DNA of 32,000 nt. It comes from Propionibacteriaceae bacterium. Lineage in GTDB: Bacteria; Actinomycetota; Actinomycetes; Propionibacteriales; Propionibacteriaceae. Positions 9,856-19,363 of the stretch are shown here, one piece after another. A program made the translations under genes and the position numbers. The stretch spans positions 30,001 to 62,000 of the forward strand of contig JAIRQE010000006.1 of assembly GCA_031256725.1 (NCBI GenBank), read 5' to 3'. Every line of letters begins with the position of its first letter. The first letter of the stretch is position 1. The notes beneath the pieces were generated by a model. The model was not told where the DNA came from. It did no database searches and was given only the letters and a program-made list of their open reading frames with translations.

Positions 9856-11028
9856 ATGAGGACTCCGGTGGCGAATGCATCACAAAACTATCTAGCGATC
9901 ATTAAAGTCGTCGGCGTTGGCGGTGGTGGTGTGAACTCTGTGAACCGAATGATTGATGAGGATCTGCGTGGTGTCGAGTTCATAGCCGTTAATACCGACG
10001 CGCAGGCATTGTTGATGTCTGATGCTGATGTGAAGTTGGACATCGGTCGCGATCTCACTCGTGGCTTGGGATGCGGAGCTGATCCCGAGAAGGGGCGCAA
10101 AGCCGCTGAGGATCACGCGGAGGATATCGAGGATGCCCTCAGGGGTGCTGACATGGTTTTCGTGGCTGCTGGTGAAGGTGGAGGTACAGGTACAGGTGCG
10201 GCCCCCATCGTTGCTCGGATCGCACATTCCCTAGGTGCTCTCACGGTCGGTGTGGTCACAAAGCCTTTCACCTTTGAAGGAAAAAACCGTCTGGAGAACG
10301 CTGAAGAAGGAATTCGCAGACTGCGCGAAGAGGTGGATACTCTCATCGTTATCCCCAATGACAAGCTTCTAGAGATGGGCAATGCCAAGGTCTCTATGTT
10401 GGATGCCTTCAGGCAAGCCGATCAGGTACTCATGCAAGGTGTTGCTGGAATCTCAGATCTGATCACCACCCCAGGTACTGTCAACGTCGACTTTGCTGAC
10501 GTGAAAGCGGTAATGGCGAATACGGGTACAGCTCTGATGGGAATTGGTACTGCTCGTGGTGAGGATCGTGCCCGTGTTGCTGCCGAGTTGGCGATCACCT
10601 CTCCATTGTTTGACTCCAGCATCGAGGGGGCCAAGGGAGTACTGCTTTCGATTGCAGCCGGATCGGATCTGCTTTTGCATGAGGTCTCCACAGCAGCTCA
10701 ACTGATCCAAGAGGCTGCCGATGATGATGCAAATATCATCTGGGGTACAGTCATCGATGACTCCCTCGGTGACGAAGTCCGCGTCACCGTGATTGCTGCT
10801 GGTTTTGACGAAATCAAGACGAGGGCGAAGCCATTCGAGCCCAGTTTCACTCGGCCGAAACCTGCCGTTACTGAGCCTGTTCTTCAACCTTTCACTCCTA
10901 CGCCAACTAGTGATCCAGGAACTCGTCTCGTGCCTCCAGCTAGGCCTCCTGCGCGAGAGCCCATCATTCGCCCGGCTCGTCCCTCCTCAGACGAGGGTGG
11001 AATTGAACTTCCGGATTTCTTCAATTAG
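9856..11028 (+). CDS. ftsZ: Cell-division GTPase FtsZ
   Basis: Contains [13 protein letters not shown] and the tubulin signature [10 protein letters not shown], then a Pro-rich linker and a conserved C-terminal peptide (IELPDFFN). The start is uncertain. The track's 9814 is a TTG, ATG 9856 is in frame, and GTG 9868 is preceded by GAGG and would give a canonical-length N-terminus. Confidence 0.95.
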   Translation: MRTPVANASQNYLAIIKVVGVGGGGVNSVNRMIDEDLRGVEFIAVNTDAQALLMSDADVKLDIGRDLTRGLGCGADPEKGRKAAEDHAEDIEDALRGADMVFVAAGEGGGTGTGAAPIVARIAHSLGALTVGVVTKPFTFEGKNRLENAEEGIRRLREEVDTLIVIPNDKLLEMGNAKVSMLDAFRQADQVLMQGVAGISDLITTPGTVNVDFADVKAVMANTGTALMGIGTARGEDRARVAAELAITSPLFDSSIEGAKGVLLSIAAGSDLLLHEVSTAAQLIQEAADDDANIIWGTVIDDSLGDEVRVTVIAAGFDEIKTRAKPFEPSFTRPKPAVTEPVLQPFTPTPTSDPGTRLVPPARPPAREPIIRPARPSSDEGGIELPDFFN

Positions 11029-11040
11029 TCAATTCTGGCG

Positions 11041-11748
11041 ATGTCCCACGACTTTGGTTTGCTCTTCACCACCCGTCATGGGGGAGTGAGTACAGCCCCT
11101 TACGACTCGTGGAATCTCGGCAGTGTCGACAACACTGCGGAAGATATTTCACGCAATTATGAGATTCTTGCCGCAGCCAGTACGCCAAAGATCGCGAGAA
11201 CTTCCCAGGTACACGGATCCCGGGTTGTCACTGTTACCCAGGATTATCCATTCTGGCCCAGGGTTACGCCAGTTTTGCCGCAAGCCGATGCCATGGTTAC
11301 AACAGAGCCTGGTGTGGCCTTAGCGATCCGTGTTGCTGACTGTGTACCTGTCCTCTTCGTGGATACTCGGGCTGGAGTAATAGGAGCTGTTCACGCAGGT
11401 CGCGAAGGATTGCTCGCAGGGGTGGTTGAAGCCACCATCGCAGAGATGACTGCTGTGGGGGCCACTCAGATCCACGCATGGATTGGCCCTCATATCTGCC
11501 CAGGTTGTTATGAGGTACCGCCCGAGATGGCCCATAAGGCATGGATGCAGATCCCGGAAACCGAAGCTCAATCCCACCATGGTACGCCAGCGATAGATCT
11601 TGGTGCAGGTGTTGAAGAGATCCTGCAAAGAAACGGGATTAGGGGTACACACACGGGTGAGTGTACGAGCTGTGATAGGCGGTATTTCTCCTATCGACGG
11701 GATCAGGGAAAGACCGGGCGTCAAGCAGGATTGATATGGCTCAAGTAG
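11041..11748 (+). CDS. pgeF: PgeF/YfiH-family (DUF152, laccase-domain) peptidoglycan editing factor / purine nucleoside phosphorylase
   Basis: Conserved blocks VADCVPVLF, HAGREG and the Zn/Cu-ligand segment CPGCYEV. It occupies the same position after ftsZ as Rv2149c. Confidence 0.85.
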   Translation: MSHDFGLLFTTRHGGVSTAPYDSWNLGSVDNTAEDISRNYEILAAASTPKIARTSQVHGSRVVTVTQDYPFWPRVTPVLPQADAMVTTEPGVALAIRVADCVPVLFVDTRAGVIGAVHAGREGLLAGVVEATIAEMTAVGATQIHAWIGPHICPGCYEVPPEMAHKAWMQIPETEAQSHHGTPAIDLGAGVEEILQRNGIRGTHTGECTSCDRRYFSYRRDQGKTGRQAGLIWLK

Positions 11749-11821
11749 TACCACATCAGCGTGTTGGCAGTGCTTTTATACACAGTACGGTAACCTCAAC
11801 AATGGAGGAATAGGAGACGAA

Positions 11822-12328
11822 ATGGCTGACCGACTCAGTAAGGTTGCAGCATTTATCCTTGGACCGAGCGCCAAACTTGAGGATGATGATTTTGAGACCG
11901 AATTCGCTGATGAGATGGATGCGGATGAGGAGCTCACAGACATTGTGGACCTTGATTCTGTTGCGCCTGCTGTTCGGGAGCGCCCACAATCAGGCCATCA
12001 GGCATCGGTGACCCCTATTGATCAACGTAGACGGCACACACGATCCCTATCTATTGCTCAGATTGCCCATGAGCGTCCCCAGTCTTTTGCAGAAGCAGCC
12101 AAAATCGGTGAGACCTTCAAAGAGGGAATCCCCATCATCTTGAACATGTCGACGACCGATCAGAAGCAGGCCCAAAAACTCATCGACTTTGCCTCGGGCA
12201 TGGCCTTCGTGACCGATGGAAGACTGGAAAGAATCACCCCCAAGGTGTTCATCTTGATTCCTGCTTCAGTGTTTTTCAGTGAAACCGATAAAGAGTCGCT
12301 TAGCGAGATCCACGGATTTGGTGAGTGA
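11822..12328 (+). CDS. sepF: Cell-division protein SepF (FtsZ membrane anchor)
   Basis: N-terminal amphipathic M-A-D-R-L-S-K-V-A-A-F-I, an acidic linker, and a conserved C-terminal domain (PQSFAEAAKIGETFKEGIPIILNM...QKLIDFASGMAF). It lies between pgeF and yggT. Confidence 0.88.
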   Translation: MADRLSKVAAFILGPSAKLEDDDFETEFADEMDADEELTDIVDLDSVAPAVRERPQSGHQASVTPIDQRRRHTRSLSIAQIAHERPQSFAEAAKIGETFKEGIPIILNMSTTDQKQAQKLIDFASGMAFVTDGRLERITPKVFILIPASVFFSETDKESLSEIHGFGE

Positions 12329-12624
12329 TGCCCATGATGACGATTGGGTGGGTTCTCTTTTTCTTGTTGACTGTGTACCAATGGGTTTTGGTTGGTCGGG
12401 CGATCCTGTCGTGGGTCCAAATCATCAACCCTCAATGGACCCCTAAAGGTATCTTGTTACTTCTAGCGGAAGCCTTGTATACCCTTACTGATCCACCCCT
12501 TCGTTTCCTGAGAAAGTTCATTAAGCCCTTGAGAGTCTCAGGTATAGGTTTGGATATGGCTTTCCTCGTCCTATTTCTACTTGTGATTCTAGGCTTGTAC
12601 GTTGTCCAAGCGGTGTTTTTCTAG
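12328..12624 (+). CDS. yggT: YggT-family small integral membrane protein
   Basis: About 98 aa with hydrophobic helices at both ends and a central LTDPPLRFLR block typical of YggT. It follows sepF with a 1-4 nt overlap (GTG 12325 or ATG 12328). Confidence 0.8.
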   Translation: MPMMTIGWVLFFLLTVYQWVLVGRAILSWVQIINPQWTPKGILLLLAEALYTLTDPPLRFLRKFIKPLRVSGIGLDMAFLVLFLLVILGLYVVQAVFF

Positions 12625-12752
12625 TCATGTAATGGGTTAAATTATGAGGAATGAACACCACGGTTGAGCATTTCCTTGGTCTGCGGTAGCCTAGCCATAC
12701 TCATCATTTTCTCAGGATTGAATTCTCTGTTGGGCTGAAAGGGCTGATTGCC

Positions 12753-13928
12753 ATGGCGATGACTCTTGACGAGGTGCGCAAGACAAGATTCCATATGTCT
12801 CGCCGCAACGGCTACGAGGTCACCGATGTTGACATGTTTGTAGACAAGGTGGAGGAAACAATCACACTCCTTAACGTAGAAAATGAGACCTTACGTAAAC
12901 AAACATCCGGTAAGCCGGCCTCGCTAGGGATCTCAGACAAGGAAGTCGAGAATCTCCGATACCAGATCAGCCGCCTCCAAGAAGACAAGACCACTTTCAA
13001 ATCCCAAATATCTCGCCTCCAAGCTGAACTTGATCAGGCTCGTGCCCATTCAGGTGGAGCAGTTCCCAATGAAGCTGTACTGCGGGAACTTGATCAACTC
13101 AGACGCCAACTAGCAGACACCAGAGGTCAACTCGCTGAATCTCGGGCCCAACTATCCGAAGCCCAACGTGGGCCCATGAACCAGGATCATCTCCTGAGAC
13201 TCACTGGTGAAAACTCCCAACTTCGTGAGCAACTTGATCGCCTTGTTGCTTCAGGGTTGGACCAAAACATGGACTCTGTACCAATCGCGGTCACAACATC
13301 GCCTGAAGCTAGTTCTGCGGTCGTACGTCTTGTACAACTGGCTACCGAGCAGGCTGACAATCTTGTGACAGAGGCGACAGCCGAAGCAGGCAAGCGTAAG
13401 CAGGCTCTTGAGGATGAGATCCTCCACTTGAAGGAACAAGCAGATGCTTATGTAGCCAAGGTGAAGTCTGAGGCTGATGCCCATGCTGCACAGGTCAAAT
13501 CTGAGGCGCAGTTCTCCGCTGAAGAGATGTTGCGCAAGGCTACAGATTCGTCTGCCCAGTTGACCACAGATGCCCAGCAGAGGGCCGAGCGCATGGATCG
13601 CGACGCACGGACGAATGCAGAGCGCCTAGTTCAAGAAGCCCAGCAGCGTGCAGCGACCATTGATTCTGAGATTGCCAGCCGTCGAGCAGAGGTCTTCGGA
13701 GCCCTTGAGGCTGAAAGGGATGGGCTCTTCGCGAAGGTTGAGAAACTTCGTACCTATGAAAAGAGTTTCCGTCAAACCATGACTGGGTATCTCAAGAGCC
13801 AGATTGAAAGATTGAACTCTTCACAGTTCTCTCCAGAGGATGTACCTGAACTCATGCAGACTCCGGCGCGTACCGCTGCAGAGTGGAATTCCGAGGCAAC
13901 AAGCATGACACCTAGGGCGGATCTTTGA
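12753..13928 (+). CDS. divIVA: DivIVA/Wag31 polar growth and division scaffold (long coiled coil)
   Basis: The N-terminal lipid-binding domain LTLDEVRKTRFHMSRRNGYEVTDVDMFVDKV is diagnostic of DivIVA. The rest is heptad-rich, Q/E/A/R-rich coiled coil. It follows yggT as in other actinobacteria. Confidence 0.88.
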   Translation: MAMTLDEVRKTRFHMSRRNGYEVTDVDMFVDKVEETITLLNVENETLRKQTSGKPASLGISDKEVENLRYQISRLQEDKTTFKSQISRLQAELDQARAHSGGAVPNEAVLRELDQLRRQLADTRGQLAESRAQLSEAQRGPMNQDHLLRLTGENSQLREQLDRLVASGLDQNMDSVPIAVTTSPEASSAVVRLVQLATEQADNLVTEATAEAGKRKQALEDEILHLKEQADAYVAKVKSEADAHAAQVKSEAQFSAEEMLRKATDSSAQLTTDAQQRAERMDRDARTNAERLVQEAQQRAATIDSEIASRRAEVFGALEAERDGLFAKVEKLRTYEKSFRQTMTGYLKSQIERLNSSQFSPEDVPELMQTPARTAAEWNSEATSMTPRADL

Positions 13929-14029
13929 TCGAAAAGGGGAGGATGTCGGCGATTCTGATTTTTCCTTTCTACATTCGACCGCTACAGTATGCGTACAATT
14001 AATTAGTCACAGGCTGCAAGGAGGTCCCC

Positions 14030-14467
14030 GTGGGGAGTAAGGCCAAAGACGATACACAGTTAGTGGATCAGCGAACAATTCCTGTCGCCGAGGGCGAGGA
14101 GCCATGGACCGAAGAGGAGTTGGACGAAGTCCGAACCCAGCTTCGTGATGATGCCGCTGCTTTCGAGCAGAAGTACCTTGCGGCTCAAGCCCTTCTGACC
14201 GAGCTGCTGACTGAAGGACCTGATCTGTCTGGTCGTGATCCAGCAGATGTGGGATCCTCCAACTTTGAACGAGACCAAGAGATGTCACTCGTTGCCAATG
14301 CACGTGAGCTCTTTGAGCAATCGGAACTAGCTCTCAGGCTTTTCGAGGAAGGTAACTTCGGAGTCTGTGAGTCCTGTGGACAAGCCATTGGTAAGGTTCG
14401 GTTGCAGGCATTCCCACGTGCGACGATGTGTGTCGCCTGCAAGCAGCGCCTGGAACGGCGGTCATGA
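14030..14467 (+). CDS. TraR/DksA-family C4 zinc-finger protein
   Basis: C-terminal CESCGQAIGKVRLQAFPRATMCVACK (CxxC-N17-CxxC) preceded by a coiled-coil region. A GTG start is preceded by AAGGAGG. It sits upstream of lspA, as is common in actinobacteria. Confidence 0.75.
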   Translation: MGSKAKDDTQLVDQRTIPVAEGEEPWTEEELDEVRTQLRDDAAAFEQKYLAAQALLTELLTEGPDLSGRDPADVGSSNFERDQEMSLVANARELFEQSELALRLFEEGNFGVCESCGQAIGKVRLQAFPRATMCVACKQRLERRS

Positions 14468-15066
14468 CCTCTGAGCCGAGGAATCCGGTGATACAGACAT
14501 TTATCGGTAATCTTGTAGCGGCATTTGTGAAGCCTGATCCTCAGAATCGTAGATCAATGATTATCATAAGTGTGTTAATCGTCGTTGGTGTTGTGATTGA
14601 TCAAGCTACGAAGGCTCTTGCCCTGGCGAAGCTCACCCCAGGTGAGCCGATCTCCATTATCTCTGACATCTTTCAATTAAGTCTCTTGCGTAATCCCGGA
14701 GCAGCCTTTGGTACCGGAGCCTCGCTGACCGTGGGTTTCGCCATCCTTGCTATTGTTGTGCTTACCCTTTTGACATTCTTTGTGGTACCTAAGGTACGAT
14801 CCATGGTCTGGGCGATCCCCATTGGGTTGGGAATGGCAGGAATGACGGGAAACTTCGTTGATCGTCTTATTCGACCTCCTGGCATCTTCCAAGGTCATGT
14901 GATCGACTTCTTTGCTGTGAAGTATTTCGCTGTGTTTAACGTGGCCGACATCTTCCTCACTGTTGCTGCGATTCTGGTCGTTGCGCTAACCCTGTTCTAC
15001 AAGACCGACTTCACTGGTACTAAAACTGATCGTGCAGACAAAGACGCGACTGTTGACGAGGGTTAA
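14464..15066 (+). CDS. lspA: Lipoprotein signal peptidase (signal peptidase II) LspA
   Basis: Four hydrophobic segments with LspA blocks NPGAAFG, GNFVDRL and FNVADI. ATG 14464 makes an ATGA overlap with the upstream stop; the track's longer 14428 start overlaps the zinc-finger gene. Confidence 0.88.
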   Translation: MTSEPRNPVIQTFIGNLVAAFVKPDPQNRRSMIIISVLIVVGVVIDQATKALALAKLTPGEPISIISDIFQLSLLRNPGAAFGTGASLTVGFAILAIVVLTLLTFFVVPKVRSMVWAIPIGLGMAGMTGNFVDRLIRPPGIFQGHVIDFFAVKYFAVFNVADIFLTVAAILVVALTLFYKTDFTGTKTDRADKDATVDEG

Positions 15067-15978
15067 ATGCCAGTAGCCATTGTTCCTGAGGGGCTTGACA
15101 GTCTTCGAGCCGATGTGGGTGCATCTCGGCTTTTTGGGATTGCCCGCTCCAGAGTTGAACAGGCAGCCGAGAACGGGCAGCTACTCCTTGATGGTCAACC
15201 CATATCAAAGTCTCACAGGCTGACCCCTGGGATGATGCTTGAAGTTGAGATCGAGGAGCCACGTACTGTCGTTGTGAGTCCCCGTCTCGTTGAGGGAATG
15301 GGGATTATCTACGATGATGCTGACCTAGTCGTAGTGGATAAACCAGCTGGTATCGCTGCCCATCCGAGTCTGGGATGGGATGGACCTTCCGTGGTCGAGC
15401 ATCTGGCGGCTGCTGGTTTCGAGGTCTGTACCTCTGGCCCTCCAGAACGCAAGGGCATCGTTTCCCGTTTGGATGTAGGTACTTCAGGACTCATGGTCGT
15501 CGCAAAGTCTGAGATGGCCTATACAGCCCTGAAAACCGCCTTCTCAGCCAGGAAGGTACATAAGGTCTACCATGCGTTAGTTCAGGGGTACCCGACCCCT
15601 GAGGAGGGCACGATCGACGCTCCTATTGCCTATGCTAAAACAGATGAATGGAAGATGGCTGTCGATCCAACAGGTCGCGAGGCCATCACTCACTATCGGG
15701 TACTTGAGATAGTGTCCAAGGCATCTTTGGTGACCATCGGTCTAGAAACAGGACGTACACACCAGATCCGAGTCCATATGGCTGCTATCAGGCACCCCCT
15801 GGTTGGCGATATCCTCTATGGTGGTGATCCTGTCTTGGCCAAAGAGACGGGATTGATTCGACAGTGGCTTCATGCTGTTGAACTGGGATTCAACCATCCA
15901 AGATCAGGGAAGATGGTCACATTCACCTCTGTGTATCCAGCGGATCTTCAGCAGGCGCTGGACCACCTTCGTCGATGA
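15067..15978 (+). CDS. rluD: RluA/RluD-family 23S rRNA pseudouridine synthase
   Basis: An S4-like N-terminal segment, the catalytic block SRLDVGTSGLMVVAK (HRLD-type Asp) and GRTHQIRVH. It abuts the lspA stop, the classic lspA-rluD pairing. Confidence 0.88.
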   Translation: MPVAIVPEGLDSLRADVGASRLFGIARSRVEQAAENGQLLLDGQPISKSHRLTPGMMLEVEIEEPRTVVVSPRLVEGMGIIYDDADLVVVDKPAGIAAHPSLGWDGPSVVEHLAAAGFEVCTSGPPERKGIVSRLDVGTSGLMVVAKSEMAYTALKTAFSARKVHKVYHALVQGYPTPEEGTIDAPIAYAKTDEWKMAVDPTGREAITHYRVLEIVSKASLVTIGLETGRTHQIRVHMAAIRHPLVGDILYGGDPVLAKETGLIRQWLHAVELGFNHPRSGKMVTFTSVYPADLQQALDHLRR

Positions 15979-16038
15979 CAACGAGATCTTGTGGAGTGGA
16001 CTGTGGGATTCCTGGGCGTCATACCGTATCGTTGAGGA

Positions 16039-17451
16039 GTGCAAAGAGCAAAGATTATCGCCACTCTCGGCCCAGCTTCATCCTCTGTCGAGATTCTGGT
16101 TGAACTGCTGAAAGCTGGCATGGATGTGGCGCGACTGAACATGAGCCACGGGGACCATCCGACCCATGAGGCCGCACTGGCCAACCTTCGTACCGCCTGT
16201 GAGATCACTGGATCAGATGTGAGCGTTTTCATCGACCTTCAGGGCCCCAAGATTCGTCTGGGGAAATTTGGTCAAGGTCCTGTGACATTGGTCAAAGATG
16301 CCCGTTTCACTATCACTACGGATTCGATCATTGGTGATGAACACCGGTGTTCGACAACTCACAAGGGATTCCCAGGTGATGTGTCTGTGGGGGACACTGT
16401 CCTGATTGATGATGGGCGAGTGGTACTCCAGGTTGTGGGAGTATCTGAGTCTGATGTGAACTGCGAGGTTATCACGGGCGGGGTTGTCTCCAATGCCAAG
16501 GGGATTAATCTTCCAGGTGTGGCTGTCAGTGTGCCAGCCTTGTCCGAGAAGGATGAACAGGATTTGCGCTGGGGGATCAGCCATGGTGTCGATATGGTGG
16601 CCCTCTCCTTTGTACGTACGGCAGAGGACGTACTTCCCATCCGTCGAGTGATGGATGAGATTGGAGTGACCCTACCCATTATCGCCAAGATTGAGAAACC
16701 CCAGGCACTCGAACATCTCGATGGCATCATCAAAGCCTTCGATGCCTTCATGGTTGCTCGAGGAGATCTGGGGGTGGAGTTGCCATTCGAGGATGTACCT
16801 ATGGCTCAAAAGAGGATCATCCATGCGGCTCGTCTCGCCTCGAAACCAGTCATTGTGGCCACCCAGATGTTGGAGTCCATGATCACTGCAGCTCGTCCAA
16901 CCAGAGCGGAGGCCTCAGATGTGGCTAATGCAGTCATGGATGGTGCAGATGCGGTAATGCTTTCGGGGGAGACCTCCATCGGTTCGTGCCCAATCGAGGC
17001 TGTTGACGCCATGGAGAGGATCATTCGTGCAGTGGAATCCCACAGCAATCTGCAGATCGATTCCATTGCCTGGGATCCCCATACGACTGCTGGTGCTTTG
17101 ACCTGGTCGGCAGTGGGGATCGCCCGACAGCTGGGTGCCCGCTACATTGTGGGATTTTCCCTGAGCGGAGATACGGCTCGTCGACTGTCTCGTTTGAGAG
17201 CAGAGATCCCGATTCTGTGTTTCACTCCACGAGAAAGAACCAAAAAGGCATTGGGAATCGTATGGGGGCTTGAGGTATTCGTCTCCGAATCCCATGATAT
17301 GGAGTCCATGATTGAGGAGATGGACGCCATTTTGCAGGCCAAGGGGTTGGCTCAAACTGGGGATCGAGTCGTTGTTGTATATGGCACTCCCATGGGAGTA
17401 GCAGGTAAGACCAACACCGTCTATGTTCACAGGGTACGCCCTCCACTGTGA
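16039..17451 (+). CDS. pyk: Pyruvate kinase
   Basis: Contains RAKIIATLGPAS, NMSHGD, KIEKPQA, MVARGDLGVE and MLSGETSIG. GTG 16039 is the first possible start, since TGA lies two codons upstream in frame, and it reproduces the canonical N-terminus. Confidence 0.95.
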   Translation: MQRAKIIATLGPASSSVEILVELLKAGMDVARLNMSHGDHPTHEAALANLRTACEITGSDVSVFIDLQGPKIRLGKFGQGPVTLVKDARFTITTDSIIGDEHRCSTTHKGFPGDVSVGDTVLIDDGRVVLQVVGVSESDVNCEVITGGVVSNAKGINLPGVAVSVPALSEKDEQDLRWGISHGVDMVALSFVRTAEDVLPIRRVMDEIGVTLPIIAKIEKPQALEHLDGIIKAFDAFMVARGDLGVELPFEDVPMAQKRIIHAARLASKPVIVATQMLESMITAARPTRAEASDVANAVMDGADAVMLSGETSIGSCPIEAVDAMERIIRAVESHSNLQIDSIAWDPHTTAGALTWSAVGIARQLGARYIVGFSLSGDTARRLSRLRAEIPILCFTPRERTKKALGIVWGLEVFVSESHDMESMIEEMDAILQAKGLAQTGDRVVVVYGTPMGVAGKTNTVYVHRVRPPL

Positions 17452-17482
17452 GCCCGTGTAGGCTGGTTGAAGGAGGTCACTC

Positions 17483-18580
17483 ATGCGCATTGCACAGGTA
17501 GCTAATTTTGTCTCACCTACATCAGGTGGGCTACGAAGGGCCGTTGACAAGCTAGGACGAGGGTACGTTCGGGCTGGGCATGAGCGACTTCTGATTATTC
17601 CTGGCCCCAATGACATGGTGACTTCAACTCCAGATGTCGGCACAATTGTCTCAATCGCATCACCTGCTCTGACCTCTGGTTATCGAATGATCACCAACAT
17701 GAGCAAGGTTCGCCAAGCATTGACTAGATTCCAGCCAACCAACCTCGAAGTCTCGGATAAGTGGACAATGTCTGGTGCAGGTTTGTGGGCCAAGCATCGC
17801 ACAGTGCCCGCTGTACTCTTCTCCCATGAACGTCTTGATGACATGGCTTCTTTGTATTTGGAGTTGGAAGTGTCAGGGCAGGTCCATTGGCTCAATAGGC
17901 GCCTAGCAAAGATTTATGATCGTGTTGTTGTCTCGACGCGCTATAGCGCTGGGGAGTGGATACACACGACAGCGAACCTCGTGGTTCAACCCTTGGGAGT
18001 CGATCTGGATGAGTTCCAACCCCAATCTGGTGCGCGTGAGAATGGGAAAACTCTTAGGCTGGTCTATTCGGGTCGCCTCTCACGGGAAAAGTCTCCCCAT
18101 GTCGTCGTCGCTACTGCTGTTGAACTGGATAGACGTGGGATTGATGTTCAACTGAATGTCTATGGTACAGGCCCTGCCGTTGAAGAATTGCGTACCCTTG
18201 CTGGCGCAGCCCCTGTCTTCTTCCATGGGTACCTCGACTCCAGAGAGTCTTTAGGGGAAGCCTATCGGGCCTCAGACATCACCATGTCGGTATGCCCTGC
18301 GGAAACCTTTGGGTTAGCTGTACTGGAGTCTCTTGCCTGTGGTACCCCTGTCGTCACTGCAGATCGTGGAGGTGCGCGAGAATTGGTGGATAATTCATGT
18401 GCAGAATGGGCCTCCCCAGATCCTGTTTTTCTTGCGGATGCTGTCCTAAGGATGGCTCAGCGGCTCAAGTCTGATGAGCAGGGGATACGTCGGGCTTCAC
18501 GTACCTGTGCAGAAAAGTTTCCCTGGGATCAGGCAATCACAGGAATGCTGAACGTACATCAAGAGTTGTGTGATCGTTGA
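17483..18580 (+). CDS. GT-B fold glycosyltransferase, family 4 (retaining, GT1 Pfam clan); acceptor unknown
   Basis: N-terminal MRIAQVANFVSPTSGG and a C-terminal E-x7-E region (PAETFGLAVLESLACGTPVV) typical of GT4 enzymes. A strong RBS (GAAGGAGG) lies 6 nt upstream of the ATG. Confidence 0.8.
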   Translation: MRIAQVANFVSPTSGGLRRAVDKLGRGYVRAGHERLLIIPGPNDMVTSTPDVGTIVSIASPALTSGYRMITNMSKVRQALTRFQPTNLEVSDKWTMSGAGLWAKHRTVPAVLFSHERLDDMASLYLELEVSGQVHWLNRRLAKIYDRVVVSTRYSAGEWIHTTANLVVQPLGVDLDEFQPQSGARENGKTLRLVYSGRLSREKSPHVVVATAVELDRRGIDVQLNVYGTGPAVEELRTLAGAAPVFFHGYLDSRESLGEAYRASDITMSVCPAETFGLAVLESLACGTPVVTADRGGARELVDNSCAEWASPDPVFLADAVLRMAQRLKSDEQGIRRASRTCAEKFPWDQAITGMLNVHQELCDR

Positions 18581-18592
18581 TCTTCCAAGAAA

Positions 18593-18624
18593 AACCGCCC
18601 CAGGTTAACAACCATGGGGCGGTT
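18593..18624 (-). terminator. Rho-independent terminator between convergent GT4 and sodA genes (best fit for sodA)
   Basis: Perfect 10-bp stem AACCGCCCCA (18593-18602) / TGGGGCGGTT (18615-18624) with a 12-nt loop. On the minus strand the hairpin is followed by TTTTTC, the complement of GAAAAA at 18587-18592. On the plus strand there is no U-run. Confidence 0.6.
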
Positions 18625-18640
18625 CTCGAATAATGAAGAA

Positions 18641-19252
18641 TTACAGGAGGCCAGCGGTTTGTGTGCGGGCTCTGACATAACGGGCTTCCACGTCATTCCA
18701 GTTGACGACATTCCACCACGCGGTGACATAGTCAGCCTTGACATTACGGTACTGCAAATAGAAGGCGTGCTCCCACATATCCAACTGCAGCAAGGGTACC
18801 TGGGCTGCTGGGAGATTCCCCTGTTGGTCGTAGAGCTGATAGATGTTTGGAGTTGATCCTAGGAGATCCCAGGCCAAGATAGCCCAGCCGGAACCTTGGA
18901 TGGTCATGGCAACTTCGGTAAAATGCTTCTGGAATCCAGCAAAGCCACCAAAGGTTTCAGCGATGGCCTGAGCTACATAACCCGTCGGCTCACCTCCACC
19001 GGTTGGGGACATATTCTTCCAAAACACTGAGTGGTTAATATGACCACCAAGGTTGAAAGCAAGATCCTTTTCCAGTTTAGAGATTGCAGCAAAATTGCCG
19101 GTTGCTCGTGCTTCAGCAAGCTTCTCCAAGGCTGTATTAGCACCTGTCACATAGGCTTGATGATGCTTGGAATGGTGAAGCTCCATAATCTCTGGAGCGA
19201 TCCAAGGCGCTAGTGCCGAATAGTCGTAGTCCAAGTCAGGTAGTGTGTACAT
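18641..19252 (-). CDS. sodA: Fe/Mn superoxide dismutase
   Basis: [18 protein letters not shown]...[10 protein letters not shown] at the N-terminus and the metal-ligand block [11 protein letters not shown] near the C-terminus. Confidence 0.95.
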   Translation of the reverse strand: MYTLPDLDYDYSALAPWIAPEIMELHHSKHHQAYVTGANTALEKLAEARATGNFAAISKLEKDLAFNLGGHINHSVFWKNMSPTGGGEPTGYVAQAIAETFGGFAGFQKHFTEVAMTIQGSGWAILAWDLLGSTPNIYQLYDQQGNLPAAQVPLLQLDMWEHAFYLQYRNVKADYVTAWWNVVNWNDVEARYVRARTQTAGLL

Positions 19253-19295
19253 AGATTATTCTTTCGGGTTCATTGGGTGGTTATTGGGGGTTTAG

Positions 19296-19341
19296 TGTAC
19301 CCGAAGGCACACAAAACCTTCAGCCCGTAGACGAACTGAAG
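19296..19341 (-). terminator. Possible terminator region downstream of the small repeat-protein gene (two adjacent hairpins)
   Basis: On the minus strand, CTTCAG-N12-CTGAAG (19318-19341) is followed by GTTTTG. Next comes GTGTGCC-TTCG-GGTACAC (19296-19313), a UUCG-tetraloop hairpin with one mismatch. The stems are short, so this call is tentative. Confidence 0.3.
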
Positions 19342-19363
19342 AAAGGATCGCGAGTTGAAATGT

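Noticed and set aside
10453-10887. 144-aa minus-strand ORF inside ftsZ, plus similar antisense or alternate-frame ORFs listed in the track. These fall within ftsI, mraY, murD, ftsW, murC and pgeF, e.g. 2287-2730, 2459-2866, 8279-8758 and 11320-11754.
   Set aside because: All are nested in genes with diagnostic motifs. None has an RBS or a recognisable domain.
16915-17643. 242-aa minus-strand ORF antisense to the 3' half of pyk and the start of the GT4 gene
   Set aside because: It overlaps two genes with unambiguous enzyme motifs. Its translation is Ser/Arg/Pro/Gly-rich low-complexity with no recognisable domain and no RBS. This is a typical shadow ORF in GC-leaning coding DNA.
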